64,000 nt of DNA from Thermoanaerobaculia bacterium. GTDB lineage: Bacteria > Acidobacteriota > Thermoanaerobaculia > Multivoradales > Multivoraceae. The translations under genes and the position numbers were made by a program. The notes beneath the pieces are model-generated. The model was not told the origin of the DNA. It made no database searches and worked only from the letters and a program-made list of their open reading frames with translations. Positions 47,842 through 56,565 of the stretch are shown piece by piece (the stretch's first letter is position 1; each line of letters begins with the position of its first letter). The DNA lies in the NCBI GenBank assembly GCA_963664405.1, contig OY761158.1:1152001-1216000 (forward strand). The letters run 5' to 3'.

Positions 47842-50671
47842 TCAGGCACTTGCCTCTTCCTCCTCATGGATGACGACCGTACCGGCATCCCCGTCGATAG
47901 TGATCGTCTGACCATGCTTGATCCGCTTGGTGCCGTTGCCGACCCCGAGCACTGCGGGTATGCCGTACTCCCTGGCCACGATGGAACCGTGAGCGAGAAT
48001 GCTGCCCATATCGGTCACCAGGCCAGAGGCGTGGGCAAAGAGCTGGGTCCAGGCAGGCGTGGTCAGCGGCGAGACCAGGATCGACCCGGGAGCCATCTTG
48101 TCGAACTCGGCGGCACCTAGCACGACGCTCGCCTGAGCGGTCACCCGCCCCGAGCTCACCGGAAAGCCTCTCATCAAGTCGCTGGACTCGTCGTTCAGAA
48201 TCTGAGTCTCCTTGAAGGCGACGTTAGGATCCTGGCGCGCTTCCTCCGGAAGAGTGCCGGGCGGATGATGGCGCTTGCGTGCCTCCCTGAGCTCGCGGCG
48301 CTCCGCCGCCAACTCACCCAGCTCGGGTAGAGCTTCACCGGCCTTACGCCCCTCGATGGCTCGTGTGAGCTCTTCAGTGACCATGAAGTAGGTGTCCTCC
48401 GGAATTCTGAAGGTGCCGGCTTCCACCATGCGCCGGCCTAGCTCTTCGGCCATGGGGCGCAGCACCGACCAGGTGTAGCCGAAGTGAAATGCCACTTCTT
48501 CCCGGATGTAGTTGTACTTGCGAGCCAGCCACAGACGATAGCGAAACTGCCAGTACTCGAGGCCCTCGAGCAGCCCTCGGACCGCCTCGAATTTCTCTTG
48601 GCGAATCGACGACGCTCTGATGTCCTGGTGCTTCGGATCGTAGTCCCTGTCCCGAACCATGGCCTTCAGACTGGCGAACAGCGCCGACGGATCTTCGACC
48701 TGGGTGGGTTCCACGAAGTCCATGCTGTAACCCTGGTGGCCGTAGGCGTCAAGATAGGCTCTGATGCCCGCAAGCACCTCGGTGGCATCCCTCGCGCTGC
48801 CGCAGTGCCTCCATCAGAAACCTGCCAGGCGTGACCGTGACGACATAGGCTAGCTCGTCGTTCGCGCGCACCAGTTTGGCGATCTCGAACAGGTCGGCGT
48901 TGGCCTGCATGCTCTTCGATTCGATGCCGGACAGGAACTGACCGCTGATGAAATTGTGATCCGGCAAGGTCTCTCGGAGAAAGCACTGCAAGTGATCGTC
49001 GGTGGACTTGGCGACTCCGAAAGTGTGGCCCGAGTTGCTCGACCAGTAGTAGCCCTCCTCGATCCCCATCTCGCGAATGCCCTCGAGCAGCTCTTCGTCG
49101 CCAGCCGTCGAAAGATCGAGCTTGCTCCATTTCTCAGCGGTAGCCACCAGTCGAGGCCTGGTGACCTCGTGCCACTCACCGAGCTGTCGGTCGTTGAACG
49201 CCGTCTTGTGGGCGAATACGTAGGTCGGGTTGTCGCTCTCGGGCATGGTCACAGCATGGGCCAAATTCCCGGCGTCCTGAGTCTCGGCCCAGGTCCTGAA
49301 GGCTCTCTGGTCTTCCTCAGAAAGCTGCGAGACGAAGAGGTCCAGGTCTTCTCGCTCCTGAATGGCGAGAGTTTTCTGGTGCTCCTGCCGCTTTTGCTCG
49401 GCTTCCATCGCCTGCTGCTCGGCGGCCTCGATCTCCGCCTCGCTGACGGGTTCGGGTTTCTTGTCTTTCTGGCCTCTCCTGCCGAGGATCTGAGGGAAAT
49501 CAAAGCGCATGTAGGCGTAGCCGTTCACAGTGACGAACAGCGGCCCGCCGCCCACCAGAATGCTCTTCCCTTTTCGAGTGGATTCGAGGCCTTCGGTGAG
49601 ATACAGCTCCTCGAAAAGCGGGCAAACCGGGTCAGGCATGTTCTCGACGATCTGGCGACGACTCACATACTGAGCCGGTGGAGTGGGAGTCCAGTCGACT
49701 TCGATGGGCTGGACAGGCAGGTTGGTAATCGGCCGGGACTGCAGCAACCAGAGCTTGCCCTCCGACACCGCCCACTCGATGTCCTGCGGAAGGTCGTCGT
49801 AAAGCCTCTCGACCTCGAGCGCGGTCGAGACCAGCTCTTCGAGCCGCTCGTCAGACAAGGACGAGCGCTGCCGATCGCCCTCCGAGACATCTTCCAGGCG
49901 CGTGCCCTGCTCCCCGTCAGAGACGATCTGCTGCTCCTTGGGGCCGATCATCGTCTCTTTCGCCGCGCGGGACGCCCGATCCACGATGTAAGTGTCTGGC
50001 GTCACCTGCCCGCTCACCACCGCCTCGCCCAGCCCGAAGCTCGCATTGACGATCATCTCCGAGCGCTCCCCGGTCGCCGGGTTGGCGGTAAACAGAATCC
50101 CAGAGACTTCGGAGCGCACCATGATCTGCACCGTGACCGCCATGGCGACAGATTCTTGGTCGATCCCGTTCTGGTGCCGATAGCTGATCGCCTGCGGTGT
50201 CCACAGTGAAGCCCAGCAACGCCGAACCGCCTCGACGACAGCTTCGCCGCCTCGAACGTTCAGGAAGGTCTCCTGCTGGCCGGCGAAGGAGAGCCCTGGC
50301 AGGTCCTCCGCCGTGGCCGAGGAACGCACCGCAACCGGTGGCGCGTCGCCGCCGAGGGCGCCGTAGGCCTCGCGAATCTCGGCAACGACCGCCGCCGCGA
50401 GGGGGGGGCCATCGAAGAGAGCCTGAATGCTCCGCGATGCCGACTCGAAAGACAAGGCGCGATCCGTCACCTCGGCTCTGGCGAGATCGACGATCTTCGC
50501 CTGCAGATCGTTCTCACTGACGAAACCGCGATAAGCGGCCGTGGTCACATGGAATCCGCCGGGGACCGAAAAACCCGCGTTGACCATGCGGGCGAGAGAC
50601 CTCCCCTTACCTCCCACGACCTCGAGCGAGTCTTCTGTCGTCCACAGGGGTAGTACGCTTGCTGCAGTCAT
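47842..50671 (-). pseudogene. PEP-utilizing enzyme, rifampicin-phosphotransferase-like architecture, split by a +1 frameshift (possibly a sequence error)
   Basis: VGGKG, VAVRSSATAEDL..SFAGQ, GLGEAVVSG, DIEWA, LLQSRPIT; C-terminal AHGSIVAREYGIPAV. Removing one G from the GGG run at 48789-48791 joins the two ORFs (QREDATEVLAGI). Confidence 0.85.
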
Positions 50672-50879
50672 TGCCTAGCTCCTCCATCGAAAACTGAGTC
50701 GAGGCGCACTTTACCAAACTTGTAACACTGTGCGTTTTTTTGGAAACGCACCCTGACATTGACCCATCGGGCGGCACTGTCACGCCTCCAGACTCCTTGA
50801 CTGACCGCGATCGCGGAAGTAGCCTTCTCGAGTCGCCAAGCCTCGATAGAAGCAACGATCCGGAGGAGGCAGTCGCCCT

Positions 50880-51332
50880 ATGAGAGCCGCACTGATTCCG
50901 ACCCTCGCTGTCTCACTTGCGTGCATGGCTGGCCTCCCTGCTCCGGCGCAGGAGAGCGCTCCTGATTCGGTCCTGACCGTGGAGATCGAGATCAAGCCGG
51001 GTAGCGGCAACAGTATCAACCCCAAGAAGAAGGCTCAGATCCCGGTTGCGATCATGGCAACAAGCCTCTTTGACGGAGACGATGCCGACTTCGTCCCCTG
51101 GACCATTGACGCTGCGAGTCTCAGGTTCGGCCCAGCCGAGGCGAAGATTATCCATGATGCCGGGCATGAAAATGACGTGGACGGCGATGGCGATTTCGAC
51201 ATGATCATCCACTTTTCCACGCCGAACACCGGCATCTCCTGCGGTGATACCGAAGCGAAGCTGACGGGCGCGACCATCGCAGGCGAATCCTTCGAGGGAG
51301 TGGACAAGGTCAAGACGACGGGGTGTAAGTAG
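50880..51332 (+). CDS. Small secreted protein (IEIKPGS..INP..IPVAI domain)
   Basis: GGAGGAGG SD; signal peptide; DVDGDGDFD Ca-binding-like loop; two Cys in the mature part. Confidence 0.8.
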   Translation: MRAALIPTLAVSLACMAGLPAPAQESAPDSVLTVEIEIKPGSGNSINPKKKAQIPVAIMATSLFDGDDADFVPWTIDAASLRFGPAEAKIIHDAGHENDVDGDGDFDMIIHFSTPNTGISCGDTEAKLTGATIAGESFEGVDKVKTTGCK

Positions 51333-51358
51333 GAGACGTTCAGCGCCGTCGCAAGTCC

Positions 51359-52639
51359 ATGGAAGTACTGCTCATAGGGTCCGGTGGGCGTGAAAACGCC
51401 ATCGCCTGGAAGATCGCTCAGAGCCCCCGCTTGACCCAGCTCTATTGCGCGCCGGGAAGCGCCGGGATGGCTCGATACGGCGAGTGCAAGGAGATCGACG
51501 CGATGGACATCGACGGCCAGATCGCCTATGCCAGGGAAAAGTCGGTAGATCTGGTCGTCGTCGGCCCGGAGAATCCGCTGGAGGCTGGCATCGTCGATCG
51601 CCTCGAAGCAGAGGGCTTCAGGGTCTTCGGCCCGAGCGCGGCCGCCGCGAGAATCGAGACTGACAAGGATTTCGCGCTCGACCTGATGCATAGATACGGC
51701 ATCCCGACCGGCGCCTTCGCCACCTTCAGCGACCCACTACCGGCTAAGGAATACGTCAGGAAACAAGGCGCGCCGATCGTCCTCAAGGCGGCGGGACTGG
51801 CGGCGGGTAAGGGGGTCATCGTCGCCGAGACCCTCGATCAAGCCCTCGAAGCCGTCGACGAGATCTTGGTCGACGCGGCCTTCGGGGCGGCCGGCGCCAA
51901 GCTGGTCGTCATGGAGTATCTGGACGGGGAAGAGGCTTCGATCTTCGGCTTCACCGACGGCAAGGATCTGGTCTACACGGTCTCCTCGCAGGATCATAAG
52001 CGCATCGGAGAGGGTGAGACGGGTCTCAATACCGGCGGAATGGGAGCCTACGCGCCGGCCTCCGTCGTCACCGCCGAGCTGGAGCACGAGATCTACGATC
52101 GGGTCATGAAACCGACGATCGATGCTCTGGCCGCGGAAGGGACGCCCTTCAAGGGCATCTTGTATGGCGGGCTGATCTTCACCGCCAAGGGGCCGCAAGT
52201 CATCGAATTCAACTGCCGTCTGGGCGACCCCGAAGCCCAGGTCGTGCTGCCGTTGATGAAGACCGACATCCTGGATATCTTCGAGGCAGCCGTCAACGGA
52301 AGGATCTCCGAGATTGACATGGAGTTGGACGAGCGCGCCGCCTGCTGTGTCGTCATCGCGTCGAAGGGCTACCCCACCCAATACGAGAAGGGGTTCCCAA
52401 TCACCGGGATCGACGACGCGGAGGCGCTCGGCGACGTCATCGTCTTCCACGCCGGCACCGAGAGTCGCAATGGCCGGCTCTTGACCAAAGGCGGCCGCGT
52501 TCTTGCCGTCACCGGGGTCGACAAGGACATCCCGGCCGCCATCGACCGTGCCTACCGTGCCGCCGACAGCATCGGCTTCGAGAACCCCTACATGCGCCGA
52601 GACATCGGCTACAAGGCGCTCGAGCGACTGAAGAGCTGA
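51359..52639 (+). CDS. purD: Phosphoribosylamine-glycine ligase
   Basis: LIGSGGRE, VVGPE.PL, GLAAGKGV, QDHKR, NTGGMGAY, EFNCRLGDPEAQ, GGRVL, RRDIG. Confidence 0.98.
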   Translation: MEVLLIGSGGRENAIAWKIAQSPRLTQLYCAPGSAGMARYGECKEIDAMDIDGQIAYAREKSVDLVVVGPENPLEAGIVDRLEAEGFRVFGPSAAAARIETDKDFALDLMHRYGIPTGAFATFSDPLPAKEYVRKQGAPIVLKAAGLAAGKGVIVAETLDQALEAVDEILVDAAFGAAGAKLVVMEYLDGEEASIFGFTDGKDLVYTVSSQDHKRIGEGETGLNTGGMGAYAPASVVTAELEHEIYDRVMKPTIDALAAEGTPFKGILYGGLIFTAKGPQVIEFNCRLGDPEAQVVLPLMKTDILDIFEAAVNGRISEIDMELDERAACCVVIASKGYPTQYEKGFPITGIDDAEALGDVIVFHAGTESRNGRLLTKGGRVLAVTGVDKDIPAAIDRAYRAADSIGFENPYMRRDIGYKALERLKS

Positions 52640-52730
52640 ACACCGGCCCGGCTTGAAGCATCGCCAAGAACTTGGTACGGTGTTCCAAGTCTCTGCCCCC
52701 CCCTTTTCATCACCGGCCTGGAGGAGATTC

Positions 52731-53366
52731 GTGAGCGAAATCAACATGGCAGATCTAAAACCCGTCGGCGAGTTCGGTTCCAAGGAGTGGTGCAAAGAGT
52801 GTGCAAGATACGGAGTCCAGATCCTCGAGGAAGCCGATCTTCCGCAGGATCTCGAATGGGGATTCAGCGAGATCTACACCCACCCACCGGAAAGATTGCT
52901 GGCGGACGGGCGGGAGATGTCGGCGTACTACATCATGGTCAAAGACGGGAAAGTCACAGGCGGTGACGGCGCTCCGGAGGAGTGCCGTGCGCTCCCCGGC
53001 TTCCACATCAAGATCCAGTGGGCCTCGATCTGCAACCAGTCGAGCTCGAAGTACGGCCGCGAGGGTCAGATGCAGCGCTCGGCGGACGAGAAGGTGATGT
53101 TCCAGGAGATCACGGAGCATGTGGGCCGTCCCAACCCACTGGGTCTGGGCGGCGGACCCAAGGCGGTCTGGCCCAAGGAGGTCGGCATGGCGCTCGGCAA
53201 GGGCTCCGAGGAGGGCGGCGGCCTGCACAACATCGCCGCCAGTCTGCAGATGCCCTCTCCCGAGTTCGCGGATCTACCGAAGACCGAGATGGGCGTACCC
53301 GCCTTCTCGAAAATGACCGACGAGCAGAAGTCGCAGTTCTTGAAGCTACTCGCGGTCGAGATCTAA
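52731..53366 (+). CDS. Hypothetical protein
   Basis: GGAGGAG SD before GTG at 52731; strong GC3 codon bias; no recognised motif. Confidence 0.8.
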   Translation: MSEINMADLKPVGEFGSKEWCKECARYGVQILEEADLPQDLEWGFSEIYTHPPERLLADGREMSAYYIMVKDGKVTGGDGAPEECRALPGFHIKIQWASICNQSSSKYGREGQMQRSADEKVMFQEITEHVGRPNPLGLGGGPKAVWPKEVGMALGKGSEEGGGLHNIAASLQMPSPEFADLPKTEMGVPAFSKMTDEQKSQFLKLLAVEI

Positions 53367-53382
53367 CCGGTCATCGCCGAAG

Positions 53383-54888
53383 TCAAGACGCGGCCGGTTG
53401 GCTCGCTCGGATCTCCGTCTGAATTTCCGCAAGCCTTTCTTCTGTAAGCGGGTAATTCCACAGCAAAGGCATGGCTACGAATTTGAACATTGCGGGGACT
53501 ACCGAGTAGAGACATGCGATACCAAAAAGGGCAGCAGCCGTATTCGTCGTATTGAGGGGGTCGGCGAGTGAATTGAAGCCGATGAGGACCGCCACGTTGG
53601 CGCCGATGAATAACCCGAGCGCGTACGCCAGCTTGCGGGTCATTGTCCAGATGGAGAAGTACGCGCCGCCCCGCTTCTGGCCGGTCTTGACGGTGTCGAG
53701 ATCGATGACATCAGCCGCCATTGCGTAGGGCAGCGCGGACAGTGCCCCGATCGAGGACCCCTTCAGGCACATAACCGCGATAAAGAAGAGGAACTTCCCC
53801 GTCGGAATGCCCTCGAAATATCCCATCGCGCCGGCATAGGCGTCGGCCGGCAGAAAGGCCAGCAATCGCGAGACTTCGAAGGCCGTGAAGTTGTCGGCAT
53901 CCATCCAGGCGATGAGTGGAACGAAGGACGACCACAGCGCGTACCATCCTATGGCCACCATCAATGCCCGGTGTTTGCCGACTCGCCTGGAAAGAGCAAA
54001 CCAGATCGGTATTGCGATGATCTGGGAGATGAAGAAGGGCGCCAGATAGAAGCCATACAGATCACCGGCCAGGAGAACATGCTTGACGAAGAAGAAACTC
54101 ACAGTGTTCGTCATCGCCGAGCCGATGGTAGCGAAGAGAAAGATGATGACGAGTTTTCGATAGGGCTCATTCGCCCAGGCAAGGCGCATAGTTTCCTTGA
54201 GCGGAATTCGTGCCTTGCTTACTTCCTCGACTTCATATTCAGGGACTGAGATCACGCCATTCAGAACGTAGATCGGCGTCGAGATGACGATGAAGATGGT
54301 CAACAGGTAGACCGCGTCCGAAGGTTTGTCATAGCCCCAGAAGAAGATGACCGCCGGGGTCAGTGCACCAATCAGTTGCCCTCCGACGAGGAAGGCCTCC
54401 CGCCAGCTCATGATCAGAGTGCGCTCGTTGTAGCGGGTCGATAGTTCAGCGCCCCATGCGCTGTAGGGGACGTCCTTTATGGTGGCTCCGATGTAAAACA
54501 CGATCAGGGACATCAACAGCCACGGATAGCCGTTGTTGAACCTCATGCCCAAGAATTCCACCTCGCTGAACTCGAAAGGTGGTATCCACAGCAACCAAGC
54601 GCCGAGAATGTAGAGTGGGGTGCCGGCGACGAGGAACGGTTTTCGCCGACCCCACTTGGTCCTTATGCGGTCGGACCAGAACCCGATCAAGGGGTCGGTG
54701 ATGCCATCGAAAATTCGCGAGGCCATTACCAGAAAGCCAACGAAACCCAGAGCCAGGCCGAAGCCTTCGGCGTCGGCGTAGACCGCCGGTAGATAGACGG
54801 CGATGATCAGCCCGTTCATGGCGAGAGGCATCGCCATCGCCCCGTAGGACGCTAGCTGCCATCTCGACAAGCTGGATTTCTGGGACAA
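53383..54888 (-). CDS. MFS transporter, GPH/MelB family
   Basis: RIFDGITDPLIG..SDR..TKWGRRKPF, PYSAWGAEL...YNER, AMAADVID. Confidence 0.92.
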   Translation of the reverse strand: MSQKSSLSRWQLASYGAMAMPLAMNGLIIAVYLPAVYADAEGFGLALGFVGFLVMASRIFDGITDPLIGFWSDRIRTKWGRRKPFLVAGTPLYILGAWLLWIPPFEFSEVEFLGMRFNNGYPWLLMSLIVFYIGATIKDVPYSAWGAELSTRYNERTLIMSWREAFLVGGQLIGALTPAVIFFWGYDKPSDAVYLLTIFIVISTPIYVLNGVISVPEYEVEEVSKARIPLKETMRLAWANEPYRKLVIIFLFATIGSAMTNTVSFFFVKHVLLAGDLYGFYLAPFFISQIIAIPIWFALSRRVGKHRALMVAIGWYALWSSFVPLIAWMDADNFTAFEVSRLLAFLPADAYAGAMGYFEGIPTGKFLFFIAVMCLKGSSIGALSALPYAMAADVIDLDTVKTGQKRGGAYFSIWTMTRKLAYALGLFIGANVAVLIGFNSLADPLNTTNTAAALFGIACLYSVVPAMFKFVAMPLLWNYPLTEERLAEIQTEIRASQPAAS

Positions 54889-54916
54889 GGCTGCGGTGCG
54901 CCGGCGAGAGCCGGCG

Positions 54917-55885
54917 CTACTTGCTCACTTCCTGATAGAGCCACGGACAGTCGATCAAGGGCGGCGCCTGGACGCCGCGCGCGGCCACATCGAGACGCAT
55001 GTCGCGCATCTGTTCGCGCTCATCCTCCGGTGATTTCAAGCGCTCGTGACCCCACAGGCTTGGGCCGTCCAAGATCTCGACCGGCTTCCAGGTCTCAGGG
55101 TCGATCATCCGTCCGCCCCAGCCGTTCTCGACGAAGAATCCCGAAGGTGTCTTGGCGTAGAAGGAGGTCATGTAGTCATTGGTGTGGCGGCCCAGTGTAA
55201 AGGCTACGCGGTCCTCTTCCACCTGTGCGAGGTCGTAGCCCTGGCCGACGTCGTCCAGGGACTGATACTCGACCATGAAGTGATGAAAGCCGGACCGACC
55301 GGAACCGATCACTGCGAAACTGTGGTGGCGCCCGTTGACATGGAAAAAATGGAGCGGGTAGGGCGCGGTGATGAAGTCAGTGAGCTCGAAATCCAAGAGG
55401 TCCCGATAAAAAGCCAACAGCGGTTCGGGATCCTCTACATGCAGGACCGCGTGCCCCATACCGAGTGGCCCGGTCTTGAAGCCTGAGATCGGACGACCCG
55501 GTTGAAAAGTCTCGCTGGCGCACATCGGGTTCCAGAACAGCTCCAATCGGTTGCCGGCCGGATCCTTGCAGACCAGGAGCTCCTCGACGAAACGCCGATC
55601 GGCAAGCTCTTTGGCCCCCCACTCGACCGCAACGCCGGCGCCGTCGAGTCGGGTCGCGTAAGCCTCCAGATCGTTCTTCTCCGCAACTTCCCAGCCCATG
55701 AACGCCAAGGTCTCACCGGGCTCGTTCGAGACCACCAAGCGCTGTTTACGATCGTCCATGCGGAACGCAAGCGTTTGCCCGCCACGGTCGACCTCCTGCA
55801 TGCCGAGCAGCTTGCCGGCAAAACCGCTCCAGTCTTCAAATCTGTCAGAGCGAATGCCGAGATAGCCGAGCGCGGTGATAGACAT
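54917..55885 (-). CDS. Type I extradiol ring-cleavage dioxygenase (BphC/HsaC-like)
   Basis: MSITALGYLG, GMGHAVL, RHHS, HHFMVE, LGRHTND, SFY..TPSGFFVE.GWG. Confidence 0.93.
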   Translation of the reverse strand: MSITALGYLGIRSDRFEDWSGFAGKLLGMQEVDRGGQTLAFRMDDRKQRLVVSNEPGETLAFMGWEVAEKNDLEAYATRLDGAGVAVEWGAKELADRRFVEELLVCKDPAGNRLELFWNPMCASETFQPGRPISGFKTGPLGMGHAVLHVEDPEPLLAFYRDLLDFELTDFITAPYPLHFFHVNGRHHSFAVIGSGRSGFHHFMVEYQSLDDVGQGYDLAQVEEDRVAFTLGRHTNDYMTSFYAKTPSGFFVENGWGGRMIDPETWKPVEILDGPSLWGHERLKSPEDEREQMRDMRLDVAARGVQAPPLIDCPWLYQEVSK

Positions 55886-55924
55886 GTCCGGCATCCTATC
55901 GTTACTCATAGGCAGCGCGATCAC

Positions 55925-56125
55925 ATGACATCGACGGCGAGCCCCAAGAAGAGCGCTGACCTCCTTTCGGAGATCATCGATCACGGACCGATCAGCGCCC
56001 AACAGCTCCGTGTGATCGGGCTGTGCATGTTCTTCAACATGCTCGACGGTTTCGACATAACGGCGATGGCCGTCGTTGCGGGAGCGGTGTCGAGTGAGCT
56101 CCATCTCACCGCCGACAGACTGGGG
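55925..56125 (+). pseudogene. Truncated aromatic acid:H+ symporter (PcaK/BenK-like MFS), N-terminal fragment
   Basis: IIDHGPISAQQLRVIGLCMFFNMLDGFDITAM...ELHLTADRLG is the first TM of AAHS transporters; similarity ends abruptly. Confidence 0.8.
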
Positions 56126-56152
56126 CGGCTCGATTCGGGGTACGATTCGCCA

Positions 56153-56510
56153 ATGAAGCTCACAGTCGATACTCGAGGCCGCCAGCTCGGCGAGCACCGA
56201 TTCGAAGACGCCGATGGCTACGTGATGCCGCCGGCCCCCAACACCAGCTCGCGTCGCATCCCCCTCGGCGACTTCCCGACCGGCCCCGACGTCGGCACGC
56301 GCCTGCCCGAGGTGGTCGCCGTGCAAGCGCTACGTCAACGTCCGCGGCAAGGTCCGCTGGCAAGCCTGCGATGACGTGCAATGCGGTCTCCCGGAATCGA
56401 CCAGCTTCGATTTCCGGATCGAGGCCGTCTTCGCGCTCCTCGGTGACATGGGGCCATACGTGGGCCGAGTCCCGGCGATGAACGGCGCCGCTCACTTCCA
56501 GAAGATGTAG
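56153..56510 (+). pseudogene. Internally deleted redoxin (AhpC/TSA-like)-DsbD N-terminal-domain gene
   Basis: ATG at 56153 leads to FPTGPDVGTRLPEVV, a redoxin-like start. From about 56322 another frame reads VRGKVRWQACDDVQCGLPESTSFDFRI...FQKM, stop 56508-56510, resembling the DsbD N-domain QACxDxxCxxP motif. Confidence 0.65.
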
Positions 56511-56565
56511 GATCGGCGAAACTCCAAGTCGTAATCCCCTTTCTCCGCTCTTCTGGAGGCCGACC

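Noticed and set aside
47842-50671. Annotation as ppsA or as a proven rifampicin-resistance gene
   Set aside because: It lacks the C-terminal PEP/pyruvate-binding barrel of PpsA, and rifamycin specificity cannot be read from the sequence.
55886-56326. N-terminal extension of the dioxygenase ORF
   Set aside because: It is the antisense of the transporter and redoxin remnants; the family-typical start is MSITALGY.
56381-56429. Hairpin after a TGA suggesting a SECIS element
   Set aside because: The TGA ends an out-of-frame read-through after a deletion junction, and the hairpin lies within the DsbD-like coding remnant.
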